Origin: a virus
Length of the DNA stretch: 64,000 nt
Virus record (IMG/VR): IMGVR_UViG_3300034101_002201
Coordinates: 1-64,000 of that record
Reading direction: 5' to 3' (one strand)
Below, piece after piece: positions 17,351 through 26,712 of this stretch (positions are counted from its first letter, which is position 1; each line of letters begins with the position of its first letter). Under the pieces are notes generated by a model. The model saw nothing but the letters and a program-made list of their open reading frames with translations, was not told the origin of the DNA and ran no database searches. The translations under genes and the position numbers were made by a program.

Positions 17351-18418
17351 ATGAATATTAATATAAATGCTCCAATAAATCAACTTGGATATGGTATAAC
17401 TGGACTTAATATAGTAAAAACATTGAATGAACAATGTAACTTGTCTCTGTTTGTAATTGGACAACCACAGGTAACAAACAAAGAAGATGCCGATATTATT
17501 TCTAAATGCATAAAAAATTCTCATTTTTTTGATGTGAAAGCACCATGCATAAAGATATGGCATCAGCACGATATGGCACAGTTTATAGGAAAAGGTAAAA
17601 GAATTGGTTTTCCAATATTTGAATTAGATCAATTTAGCGATTTAGAAAAACATCATCTTAAATCTTTAGACGAAATTTTTGTATGTTCAGAGTGGGCAAA
17701 AAAAATTGTGATTAATAATATTGACTTTTCAAAGAATAACATACATGTAATACCACTAGGTGTTGATACATCAATATTTAAGGACGGGGCGATAGAATCA
17801 AATACCCCTACGAGATTTTTTAATTGTGGAAAATGGGAGCTAAGAAAGGGGCATGATATTATAGTAGATATATTTAACAAAGCTTTTGATCAAGATGATA
17901 ATGTAGAATTGTTCATGATGTGCGACAACCCCTTTTATACAGAAGAAGAACAAAAAGAATGGATGGATCTATATAAAAATTCAAAATTAGGATCTAAAAT
18001 TCATATAATTCCTAGACAAAACACTCAACAAGAAGTGTATAATATTATGAATAAAATGCATTGCGGTATTTTTATGTCTAGGGCGGAAGGGTGGAATTTA
18101 GAATTATTAGAGATGATGGCTTGTGGAAAAATGGTAATAACTACTAATTATTCAGCCCACACAGAGTTCTGCAATGACACTAACTCTCTTTTGGTGCCAA
18201 TAAATGACACAGAAGTTGCCTATGATGGCAAATGGTTTCATGGACAAGGCAAATGGGCAAAAATAGACAATGACGCAAAAGACTGCGCTATCCAGCACAT
18301 GCGAGTTGTTCACAAATTGAATAAAGATAATGCATCCTTGACAAATTATGCCGGAATAGAAACCGCTAAAGAATTTAGTTGGAAAAATTCTGGAAGGAAG
18401 ATGTTAAATGTTATTTGA
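17351..18418 (+). CDS. GT-B (GT4-like) glycosyltransferase
   Basis: IPLGVD, GKWELRKG, EGWNLELLEMMACG. Confidence 0.88.
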   Translation: MNININAPINQLGYGITGLNIVKTLNEQCNLSLFVIGQPQVTNKEDADIISKCIKNSHFFDVKAPCIKIWHQHDMAQFIGKGKRIGFPIFELDQFSDLEKHHLKSLDEIFVCSEWAKKIVINNIDFSKNNIHVIPLGVDTSIFKDGAIESNTPTRFFNCGKWELRKGHDIIVDIFNKAFDQDDNVELFMMCDNPFYTEEEQKEWMDLYKNSKLGSKIHIIPRQNTQQEVYNIMNKMHCGIFMSRAEGWNLELLEMMACGKMVITTNYSAHTEFCNDTNSLLVPINDTEVAYDGKWFHGQGKWAKIDNDAKDCAIQHMRVVHKLNKDNASLTNYAGIETAKEFSWKNSGRKMLNVI

Positions 18419-18770
18419 TTTTTTTAAAAAGAAAGTAGATAATGAATTAGATAATAATATAATAGCAAAAATTAGTTATATTATTACATCAAATTCTGAT
18501 TCTCCCATAGTAGATGTTGAGCTAGAATCTTACGATAACAATTCTATAAAAGCTCTGTGTAGCATAGTAGACATATTATCAAATGATAAATGCATTACAG
18601 ATACTTGCGAAATAATACAATCAGCCATGATAGAAGATGGCAATTCAGATAATGTAGTTAAATTTTTTAGCTATTTAGATATAAAAACAAAGAATAAGTT
18701 AATAAATATCAAAAAATATGCAGATCTTGATGAACCATGCATCAAGCCATCGGACGCATTTATTAAATAG
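18408..18770 (+). CDS. Hypothetical protein
   Basis: 120 aa overlapping ORF. Confidence 0.6.
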   Translation: MLFDFFKKKVDNELDNNIIAKISYIITSNSDSPIVDVELESYDNNSIKALCSIVDILSNDKCITDTCEIIQSAMIEDGNSDNVVKFFSYLDIKTKNKLINIKKYADLDEPCIKPSDAFIK

Positions 18771-18780
18771 GAGACATAAA

Positions 18781-19251
18781 ATGTCGAAAATAATAAAAAA
18801 GATAGGATGGCAAAAATACGAAGATTACATTGAGAAACAATTGTCATGCCCAATGTTGCAAAACATTTTGCAAAATATGATTCCAAGTGAAGATGAAGAA
18901 ATATTAGAAGAGGACATTGATGAAGATGATGAATCATATGAAGAAGATAATGAATCATCTAAAAAAAATCCACTATCTTTACTATTTCAAAAAATGTTGC
19001 CATTAACACCACAGGTGATAGACGATGTATCTATGCTTGCAAATTTTGATTGCTGGATGGGGCATACAAATTTTGACATTACCCCAAGAATAAAAGAACA
19101 GTTGAATACAATTCCCGGAATCGAAATATTGAAAATTTTTAGCAGATATAGATTTTTTGTTGGAATTGGTCAGATGTTTGACTTTCAAAATGTACGACAC
19201 GATATTGAAAAAGAATTAATAAAAGGAGAAATTGATGATAGAATTGAATAA
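18781..19251 (+). CDS. Conserved phage hypothetical protein with acidic tract
   Basis: AGGAG SD; WMGHTNFDIT and SRYRFFVGIG motifs. Confidence 0.7.
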   Translation: MSKIIKKIGWQKYEDYIEKQLSCPMLQNILQNMIPSEDEEILEEDIDEDDESYEEDNESSKKNPLSLLFQKMLPLTPQVIDDVSMLANFDCWMGHTNFDITPRIKEQLNTIPGIEILKIFSRYRFFVGIGQMFDFQNVRHDIEKELIKGEIDDRIE

Positions 19252-19714
19252 TCTAAACGATAAAATTAATGAGGCTCTAAAAGATGAGAACATATTAAAG
19301 ATTATGAACAAAGCATCTAAAAGATTTAAAAATCAGTTGGATTCTGAAATAATCAAAACTTGTCAACTAAATGCCCTATGGAAGACTTTTGTAAATCATG
19401 ATCCATCGAAGGGTGCAAAGTTTACAACTTATCTATATAAAGGAGTTTTCATAGAATGCATGAAAGAAATAAAGTTTTCCAATAAAAATAAATCTTATGG
19501 TAAATTACATAGTAATATATCATCAAAATCTGATTGTTTCTTTAATATAGATTTAATGGATGAATTCAAAAATCAAGAAGATATTGATTTGATACAAGAT
19601 AGAATCAGCAATCTAACAATAGCTGAAATATCGAAAAAACGCGGCAAAAATAGGGAAAGTGTAAGAAGAAAAATACACAAATTAGCGGATAGTATAAAAG
19701 ACAAATTCTGCTAA
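19232..19714 (+). CDS. Phage sigma70-family (region 2 + region 4) factor
   Basis: ALWKTFVNHDPSKGAKFTTYLY (region 2); LTIAEISKKRGKNRESVR (HTH). Confidence 0.75.
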   Translation: MMIELNNLNDKINEALKDENILKIMNKASKRFKNQLDSEIIKTCQLNALWKTFVNHDPSKGAKFTTYLYKGVFIECMKEIKFSNKNKSYGKLHSNISSKSDCFFNIDLMDEFKNQEDIDLIQDRISNLTIAEISKKRGKNRESVRRKIHKLADSIKDKFC

Positions 19715-19716
19715 AT

Positions 19717-19723
19717 GTGTATA
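19717..19723 (+). promoter_or_regulatory. GTGTATA putative late promoter (class C)
   Basis: Directly after sigma-like gene stop, upstream of 19798. Confidence 0.55.
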
Positions 19724-19797
19724 TAAGTTTAGGAATTGGACTTTAAAGGATGTGGATATATTTTGCAATCTTAATTTAACTACTAAAGGAGAATAAT

Positions 19798-20418
19798 ATG
19801 GCATCCACATCAGCAAAACAAGCCGGTGGAAGTTCTAATAACGATGGCGGTACAGTACTTCAAGGCGGTGATGTTACTGAAAATCTAACCGATTTATCAC
19901 TTATATCCAATTCAGAAGACAAACCAACCTATGGTTCTGTAGTTGTTCAAGATACCCAATCTTCTCCAGCTACATACAGTGATCCTCATGGTGTAACCAA
20001 AGCAAAGAGTGCTGGAACATTCGCCTACACTCCACCTGCTGGTAGTGACTTTTTATTAATGGCCGCTGGCGATACAAATGCTGGAAAAATAAATGGTACA
20101 GCTTCAACGCTGTTATCAATTCCCGGCGGTGTTGCTGGTGCTGTTATCAATAAAAATCTAAAGACTACTCAGGCTGGTACATATGCTACTAGAGCATTCA
20201 ATGTTCTTGCTACTCCATCTAGCGGTAATTTCCCCGGCCTAACCAGAGGTACTGGTGCTGGCACAGAAGTTACATACCGTGCAACAAGCGGTAATTATCC
20301 AGCCATAGACGATGCTGCTACAACAAGCAGAGCAGTTCCCGGTGAATTAACCTATAGATTTGGATCACCATTACCAACACGCAATGTTGCCTACAAGGCT
20401 AAAGATAGTAACGAATAA
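19798..20418 (+). CDS. G/S/T/A-rich protein, probably virion-associated
   Basis: Strong SD; composition; C-terminal SRAVPGELTYRFG. Confidence 0.7.
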   Translation: MASTSAKQAGGSSNNDGGTVLQGGDVTENLTDLSLISNSEDKPTYGSVVVQDTQSSPATYSDPHGVTKAKSAGTFAYTPPAGSDFLLMAAGDTNAGKINGTASTLLSIPGGVAGAVINKNLKTTQAGTYATRAFNVLATPSSGNFPGLTRGTGAGTEVTYRATSGNYPAIDDAATTSRAVPGELTYRFGSPLPTRNVAYKAKDSNE

Positions 20419-20442
20419 TTATTGTCATTCGTTTTTATGGAT

Positions 20443-20472
20443 AAGTGCCTTTTGAGAAATCTTAAGGCACTT
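20443..20472 (+). terminator. Stem-loop (weak terminator or processing site)
   Basis: AAGTGCCTT/AAGGCACTT inverted repeat, short T tail only. Confidence 0.5.
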
Positions 20473-20500
20473 TACCACTTCTTTAAAATTAGAGGTAACA

Positions 20501-21094
20501 ATGCTAGATATAAAAGATCCACAAAATATACCATTATTATGCAGCATTCTTGGTGCATTAGGAACTTTTTTTAGTCTGGCTTGGGTAAAGTTAATAAAGC
20601 CAACTCTAAGGTTTGTCAAAGGTCAGGAAGAAATAACAAAATCAATAGAGACTATTAGAAAAGAACTAACAACAAATGGTGGTAATAGTCTAAAAGACAC
20701 AGTAATAGATTTGCGTTCTACTATTAACAGAATGGAAAAACGTCAAAAAATAATAGAACAGCGAACCAAAGCTGCATTACATTACAATGATGTTGCACTA
20801 TTTGAAATAGATGATAGTGGAAGACTAACATGGACTAACAACAATTTTTATGAATTAACACAAGACATAGTTAGCAGTGTAGAAGGCTATGATTGGTTAA
20901 ATTATATACAAGAAGATCAAAGAGAAGAACTATTTGATGAACTAAAATCCTGTTTAGAGATGAACAGAAAATTAGCCAAAACAGTACAAACAGTAGATGG
21001 AAAAATGGTAAAATTAATCGGATTTCCATATAGGATAAACGAAAAAGAACATGGAGGATTTTTAGTCAGTATTTCAACACTCAAGGAGATATAA
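20501..21094 (+). CDS. Membrane protein: TM helix + NGGxSLKD coiled coil + PAS domain
   Basis: Hydrophobic N-terminal helix; ELTTNGGNSLKD; ALFEIDDSGRLTWTNNNFYELT...VEGYDWLNYIQEDQRE PAS signature. Confidence 0.75.
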   Translation: MLDIKDPQNIPLLCSILGALGTFFSLAWVKLIKPTLRFVKGQEEITKSIETIRKELTTNGGNSLKDTVIDLRSTINRMEKRQKIIEQRTKAALHYNDVALFEIDDSGRLTWTNNNFYELTQDIVSSVEGYDWLNYIQEDQREELFDELKSCLEMNRKLAKTVQTVDGKMVKLIGFPYRINEKEHGGFLVSISTLKEI

Positions 21095-21096
21095 CA

Positions 21097-21318
21097 ATGT
21101 CAGAAGTAAAATATGGTTCTGGTCCCTTTTCTTTAAATAGCACCGATTTAATCTCAGTTGGTAAAAATGCTCTATTGGTAGGTTTAGCAGCAGTTTTAAC
21201 ATACATTGGTGAAAACTTAGCCAAGGTTGATCTTGGCAACATGTCAGCACTAATTGTTCCAGTGGTAGCGGTTGTAATTAATACCGTTGTCAAATGGGCA
21301 AAGGATAACTCAAAGTAA
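21097..21318 (+). CDS. Holin-like small membrane protein
   Basis: 73 aa, two hydrophobic helices, basic C-terminus; AAGGAG SD. Confidence 0.6.
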   Translation: MSEVKYGSGPFSLNSTDLISVGKNALLVGLAAVLTYIGENLAKVDLGNMSALIVPVVAVVINTVVKWAKDNSK

Positions 21319-21319
21319 T

Positions 21320-22237
21320 ATGTTCAAAACACCAAAAGATTTACTAAAAGCCTACAAAGAAGGCTTCGTGGGATCATATTGTGATCCAAAAGAGTTAGAC
21401 GCTCTTCTTGGAAAGTTACCACACCCATTGTTTGGTGCGGCAGCTTATGATTTGATTGGTAGTGGCAAGGGTAAATTAGCCCTACCATTCAAGAATTTAC
21501 TTAAGTTTGATCCATCTTTTGGTCCTTCTGAAAGGCAAATCCAAGGAGATTGTGTTTCACATGCTACCCGAAATAGCGTAGATATCACAAGAAGCTGTGA
21601 AATCATAGGTGGGCAAAGAGAAGACTTTGTTGCCCGTGGTGCCACGGAAGGCATCTACGGCTCCCGTGGTCATGGTGGAGAAGGAATGACCTGTGCGGGT
21701 GCTGCAAAATTCGTCAATGAAACTGGAGGAATATTACTTCGTCAAAAGTATGGAGACTATGATTTATCAGAATATAGTGGGGTTGGTGGAAAGTGGGGCA
21801 GAAGCGGAGTACCAAAAGAGCTGGTACAGTCTGCAAAGAAACATCAAGTAAAAACTATAAGTCTTATAAATACAATCGATCAAGCTAGGGACGCATTAGC
21901 TAATGGTTATTCTATAAGCGTATGTTCTATGTTTGGATTTAGTTCTAGACGAGATAAAAATGGAATTGCTTCTAGATCTGGATCATGGGCGCACGCGATG
22001 GCTTGGATCGGAATGGATGATACTCATGAAATATATAATGAAACATTATTTTTAGTCCAAAACTCTTGGGGGGTTTGGAACAATGGTGAGAAACGACTAG
22101 ATCAACCTGACGGTAGCTTTTGGATCAGAGAAAGAGATGCGGCAGAAATGTTAGCCGCCAATGGATCTTGGGTATTTAGTGATGTAGATGGTTTTCCTCC
22201 AAGAAAAGTAACTTGGACTCTGAAAGATCAATTTTAA
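21320..22237 (+). CDS. Papain-like (C1) cysteine peptidase
   Basis: QIQGDCVSHA, WAHAM, LVQNSWG. Confidence 0.85.
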   Translation: MFKTPKDLLKAYKEGFVGSYCDPKELDALLGKLPHPLFGAAAYDLIGSGKGKLALPFKNLLKFDPSFGPSERQIQGDCVSHATRNSVDITRSCEIIGGQREDFVARGATEGIYGSRGHGGEGMTCAGAAKFVNETGGILLRQKYGDYDLSEYSGVGGKWGRSGVPKELVQSAKKHQVKTISLINTIDQARDALANGYSISVCSMFGFSSRRDKNGIASRSGSWAHAMAWIGMDDTHEIYNETLFLVQNSWGVWNNGEKRLDQPDGSFWIRERDAAEMLAANGSWVFSDVDGFPPRKVTWTLKDQF

Positions 22238-22255
22238 CAAATAGGGGGCAACAAG

Positions 22256-22489
22256 ATGCCAGTATCAACAACAGACGTAGTTACAAACGTAGTCAGCGGT
22301 TTAGAAACAATCAAAAATGGCTCTGCTGTAGTTTACTGTTGGAGAGGCGTCCCAATTAGCGGTAGTGGTAACTACCAAGCTTTAGTCAGTAACTTTGAAT
22401 ATGATAAAACCTATTCTTATACTGCTAATGAAAGTAGACTTACTAACAGATTTGACGATGTAGCATATTACTTTGACAAAAACGCATAA
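22256..22489 (+). CDS. Hypothetical protein
   Basis: AGGGGG SD; 77 aa. Confidence 0.65.
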   Translation: MPVSTTDVVTNVVSGLETIKNGSAVVYCWRGVPISGSGNYQALVSNFEYDKTYSYTANESRLTNRFDDVAYYFDKNA

Positions 22490-22494
22490 TAAAT

Positions 22495-24795
22495 ATGTCT
22501 AATATAAGAATAACAGAATTGCCAGAATCTGTTTCTGCTAGCGGTAACGATTTATTTGTTATCGTAAGTAGTGGCAATCCAGATACAACTAAAAAAATCA
22601 CTGTAGATAATTTAAAAAAACAGTTGCTATCAGTCAATAATGTTACTCAATTATCATCAGAAAGTTATTACGCCGCATCTGGATATGAATCCAATACATT
22701 ATATTTACTTACGGGTGAATATGATGATATAAAAATCGGATCTCCATTCAATCAAGCAAACTATTCACTTTTTGAAGACAATAATAATATATACTTATCT
22801 GAAAATACACAAAGTGATGTAGAAATATATCTCACATTGAGCGCAGCTGCCAAGACATCTCTCACTACATTGCCTAGAAATTTTGCTTACAGTACAGATC
22901 TTCCTTATGGGAATTTACATCTATTTTATAAGGCTTATGGAACTAATAGCTCACCGGAGGATTATGGAATAATTGGCACAAATGCACAAAAAGATGCATT
23001 ATTTAATAATTTAATAGCTTCTGGGAATGTGCCGATTGGTGGCAGTCTTAATTCACGCGCAGAACCATTGACTATTGTAAATTCAACTCAATATAAATAT
23101 ACAGGAAATTGGTCACAAGCAGATCTGAAATTTAAAATAAACAAGAAAGAATTTGGACCATATAACGTACAAGTCAGACTAAAGGGCTATAGTACTTTTA
23201 TGCCATATAGTTTCAAACCGAGTCTAAAAATTAGACCAAATAGAACTTTGTCCACAGCGGAAAGAGCAGAAATTGTTAAACAATGGAATGGCATTGAATC
23301 CTTTACTTTAAATAATCAATGGAGTAGTTCTGTTTCTGAAGTAGCACAATATAAGGTATTCAAAAGATTCGATTGCCAATGTCCTAGATCAGCTTATGCA
23401 AAATTATTTATTAAAGATCCATCCAAAAAAATTATTTCTATAAGTAGTAATACATTTACAACTAATTTACCTCACTATTTAGATAATAATGAATCAATTA
23501 AATTAGATATAGATCAATATTCAAATGAAAAATTCTATATTATTAATAGAACAGAAAAAACATTTCAACTGTCGAGAAACGGAAGTGACATAGCAATATT
23601 TTCAGACTCTACCGGTTCTCAAATAGAATATTTTGTAAACTTTGGTTTATATACTAATATAGAAGATCTTGGAAAGATACAATTTGATAGAATGTTCGGC
23701 CCCAACAATACTAAGAATGTATATGAAGTAGATCCCGTAGTTTCAAGTTCAGATTATATCTCCATGGGAAGACCAAGAGAGCTAGATGGTAATAGTTCAT
23801 TATATTCTTTACAATATGCCAGCGGGGTTTCATTTGATAGAAATGATATAAATAATTTCATATCTAAAGTATCAGACACTTCTTCAAATGCAATAACTTG
23901 GTACAATAATCTATTGACTTGCGTAAATTTGCAACAAGTATTAAGATTTTTTGCGTTGGAGTCATTCGTTTCTCAAACTGATGGGCTAGCTGCAAATAAT
24001 AATAATGGATTTTATCATTTTGATAGAAACGGAAAATTGAGTGCAATACCTTGGAGTATGGATTCTGCTGATTTTGGTGGATCATTCGGAATATCAAACA
24101 GTTATTTTTTTAACAGACTAATAACTAATCAATATACAAGAAATGCATATGTATACGAATTACAAACTCTAAGCGGTTCGTATATAGACTTTTACAATAA
24201 TGAATTTAAATCTTCTTTACTTAATACAGTAAAATATTATGATAAGTATCTTGAAGACGGACAAATCAGAATAAATGGATTGCCAACAAATACTTTAACC
24301 GATTCAATAAATACCATAACTGGTAATAGTAATGCAATTTTAAATAAGTTAAATAGCTTTTTAGATAAGCCAATACCACCAGTACTTTCTATTACACAAA
24401 ATGCTAATATTCTAACATTGAATATTTCTCCAGTAACAAAAAATGTAGACAATGATACTATATCTGTTAGCAACTATACATTAGAATATTCATATAGCCC
24501 AAAGGATGGATACTGGTTAAGCGATTTACTATGGTCTACAATAAAAAATAATGCTCAAGCAAATGTTTCAGAAACCATCAATTTAAGTCAATCTACCTAT
24601 AATCAAGGTCCAATAAGATTTAGAGTCAAAGCTACTGAAGGATTGTACTCAGAAGAAAGCAATTTTTATCAATACATACCACCAACAACAACCACCACTA
24701 CTTCTACTACAACCACATCAACGACATCTACTACAACATCTACAACAACTTCGACAACATCTACTACAACATCAACAACAACACCCGCACCATGA
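22495..24795 (+). CDS. Multidomain protein with CotH-kinase-like core, FN3-like domain and Thr/Ser tail
   Basis: VRLKG...KPSLKI, TLNN, PRSAYAKLF, GLYTNIE, IPWSMD; fibre-type N-terminus IRITELP...TKKITV. Confidence 0.7.
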   Translation: MSNIRITELPESVSASGNDLFVIVSSGNPDTTKKITVDNLKKQLLSVNNVTQLSSESYYAASGYESNTLYLLTGEYDDIKIGSPFNQANYSLFEDNNNIYLSENTQSDVEIYLTLSAAAKTSLTTLPRNFAYSTDLPYGNLHLFYKAYGTNSSPEDYGIIGTNAQKDALFNNLIASGNVPIGGSLNSRAEPLTIVNSTQYKYTGNWSQADLKFKINKKEFGPYNVQVRLKGYSTFMPYSFKPSLKIRPNRTLSTAERAEIVKQWNGIESFTLNNQWSSSVSEVAQYKVFKRFDCQCPRSAYAKLFIKDPSKKIISISSNTFTTNLPHYLDNNESIKLDIDQYSNEKFYIINRTEKTFQLSRNGSDIAIFSDSTGSQIEYFVNFGLYTNIEDLGKIQFDRMFGPNNTKNVYEVDPVVSSSDYISMGRPRELDGNSSLYSLQYASGVSFDRNDINNFISKVSDTSSNAITWYNNLLTCVNLQQVLRFFALESFVSQTDGLAANNNNGFYHFDRNGKLSAIPWSMDSADFGGSFGISNSYFFNRLITNQYTRNAYVYELQTLSGSYIDFYNNEFKSSLLNTVKYYDKYLEDGQIRINGLPTNTLTDSINTITGNSNAILNKLNSFLDKPIPPVLSITQNANILTLNISPVTKNVDNDTISVSNYTLEYSYSPKDGYWLSDLLWSTIKNNAQANVSETINLSQSTYNQGPIRFRVKATEGLYSEESNFYQYIPPTTTTTTSTTTTSTTSTTTSTTTSTTSTTTSTTTPAP
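24681..24791 (+). repeat. Low-complexity ACN/TCN repeat encoding a Thr/Ser mucin-like tract
   Basis: Encodes PTTTTTTSTTTTSTTSTTTSTTTSTTSTTTSTTTPA; ACATCTACTACAACATC occurs twice. Confidence 0.9.
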
Positions 24796-25109
24796 ATAAC
24801 ATGAACAAATATATTATTATCTTTTTGGGTTTATTGATCTTTGGATGCTCAAACAACGTGTTTTGCGTTAATCCAGAAGATATAACTAATATGTACTCCT
24901 CTTATGTAACGGAGTGGCAAGAGCAGTGCAAAACTGCATTCAACAATGCAGAAAAAGAAGTATTTAAATCTGATCCATCTCCAAAACCGGTGGTGGACAC
25001 AGATCCAGATCCAGCAAAATGCGTATGCAAAGGAACTGGAATAATTGTACAGGGCGATGGTCATAAGACTGTTTGCCCATATCATTCAAAGACCACTAAC
25101 CCGAGGTAA
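24792..25109 (+). CDS. Putative lipoprotein with C-terminal Cys motif
   Basis: Lipobox-like IFGC after hydrophobic stretch; CVCKGTG...CPYH. Confidence 0.65.
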   Translation: MNNMNKYIIIFLGLLIFGCSNNVFCVNPEDITNMYSSYVTEWQEQCKTAFNNAEKEVFKSDPSPKPVVDTDPDPAKCVCKGTGIIVQGDGHKTVCPYHSKTTNPR

Positions 25110-25111
25110 CA

Positions 25112-25405
25112 ATGTATACTAATTTAAGTATTTGGTTTTTAGTAGTAGGCGTGTTAATATTAGCATCTAATTTGATCGACTTTCCGTATTTAGTATCAAA
25201 ATTATTTACTAACTCAAAAACAAAAGTAGACACTGTAGCAACTATCAAAAAGGAAGAAGGATTTCTAGAAATAGTAAGTCTTTGGTATCAACTTAAAAGC
25301 AAGTGCGATCAATATGATTTGAAAGTAGCGTCTGATAAACTTGATGAAGTATTTCCATTATTGAATAAGGTCATAGAAGAGGATACAAATGCAAAAGTTT
25401 CTTAA
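25112..25405 (+). CDS. Membrane-anchored hypothetical protein
   Basis: N-terminal TM helix; GAGG SD. Confidence 0.7.
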   Translation: MYTNLSIWFLVVGVLILASNLIDFPYLVSKLFTNSKTKVDTVATIKKEEGFLEIVSLWYQLKSKCDQYDLKVASDKLDEVFPLLNKVIEEDTNAKVS

Positions 25406-25859
25406 CATCAAAAATATAATTGCATTAATTTTGATAGGTATTGGTTTAACATTACAATTAGCACCACTAATTCCTAATATCAAACCAAAACCAGATGTTG
25501 CTATATTAAATATAGACAAGCCAAGTGATAGGGTTCTAGCATTAGTACAATCAACATCTGATTTAATTACAGATCCAACAGATAGAGCAAAAGTTGCCAT
25601 ATATAGCCAGGAATTTGCTAACAGAGTCAAAAGTTATGATGCTCAACTTCAACAGGTGAACGACGTTCTTTCTTTATCAGCAAAAGAATTTTTTAATGGA
25701 TCAATTAATGATAAATATATAGGTTTAGATGATGGTATAATCAATTTGATAACATCTTCAGTTGGTGGTGATGATAATCATAAACTAACAGATTCAGAAA
25801 AAGCTGAATTATCAGAAGTCTTTATGGGTCTAGCTTGGGCCTTAATACAAAGAAAGTAA
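25389..25859 (+). CDS. Membrane-anchored/secreted hypothetical protein
   Basis: N-terminal TM, Pro-rich linker. Confidence 0.7.
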   Translation: MQKFLNIKNIIALILIGIGLTLQLAPLIPNIKPKPDVAILNIDKPSDRVLALVQSTSDLITDPTDRAKVAIYSQEFANRVKSYDAQLQQVNDVLSLSAKEFFNGSINDKYIGLDDGIINLITSSVGGDDNHKLTDSEKAELSEVFMGLAWALIQRK

Positions 25860-25862
25860 AGT

Positions 25863-26501
25863 ATGGCTATACCAATTTCTCAAATTAAACAAATTGTTGA
25901 TTTTATATTTTCAAAAAATGGCTATGATATTAAAAATATCAATATAAGTTTTCCACAACCTTTAGATATAAAAATTGTAAAAGATACATCAGAAAATATT
26001 ATATTGTCTTTCACAGAATCTCTTCCAAAAGTTACATGGAAAAAATTTATCAAGTTAAGTGCATATGTACAGGGCTTGACTTTGGGGAAGGATGGTGGTA
26101 CACTAAAGCTAAAGTACCTACCGGATATACAGTTTACATATGATGAAAATTCTGAATCTCTTTTTGGAAATCATTTCGATACAAGCGACATAGAAGCTCA
26201 AATAGATACTGAATATCAAGATGAAGAAAGAAACTTTTTAGCCAAAAAGTGTTTGCAGTATGGCAGCGAATGGGCTACAATAGCTAGCCAAGGCGGAACA
26301 GACTTTTCAGCCTGTGACAAATATACAAGAAGACAATTAAAAAGAGATTGCAAAGATTTTGTTACATCAAATTTGAAAGAAGATGAAGAAATACGCCACG
26401 GATCTGTAATACTGACATTTTTGCTTTTATATGTAGTATTGCCGGTTATATTAAAGTTTATACTTGAAAGATTATTCAGAAAACTTTTTAATGAATATTG
26501 A
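25863..26501 (+). CDS. Hypothetical protein with C-terminal TM helix
   Basis: VILTFLLLYVVLPVILKFIL. Confidence 0.7.
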   Translation: MAIPISQIKQIVDFIFSKNGYDIKNINISFPQPLDIKIVKDTSENIILSFTESLPKVTWKKFIKLSAYVQGLTLGKDGGTLKLKYLPDIQFTYDENSESLFGNHFDTSDIEAQIDTEYQDEERNFLAKKCLQYGSEWATIASQGGTDFSACDKYTRRQLKRDCKDFVTSNLKEDEEIRHGSVILTFLLLYVVLPVILKFILERLFRKLFNEY

Positions 26502-26698
26502 CAATGAAATGGAAGCTATTTTCAGAAGAAAAACCAGAGCAATATACCAGAATTATTATACATAGACTTATTGGTAAGTATTCCTATGTTGATGTTGTAA
26601 ATTATTTTGAAGAACCAGAAAATAAAATGGTTCCACTCAATAATCTAATAGGAATAACACATTGGATGCCTTTACCAGATGCTCCTAAGATTGATTAA
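26498..26698 (+). CDS. DUF551-like small phage protein
   Basis: MKWK..SEEKP start and ITHWMPLPDAP end. Confidence 0.7.
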   Translation: MTMKWKLFSEEKPEQYTRIIIHRLIGKYSYVDVVNYFEEPENKMVPLNNLIGITHWMPLPDAPKID

Positions 26699-26712
26699 AG
26701 AAAGAGGGGATT

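Noticed and set aside
24681-24791. Tandem repeat as origin or CRISPR-like array
   Set aside because: In-frame codon-level degeneracy encoding Thr/Ser; no spacers
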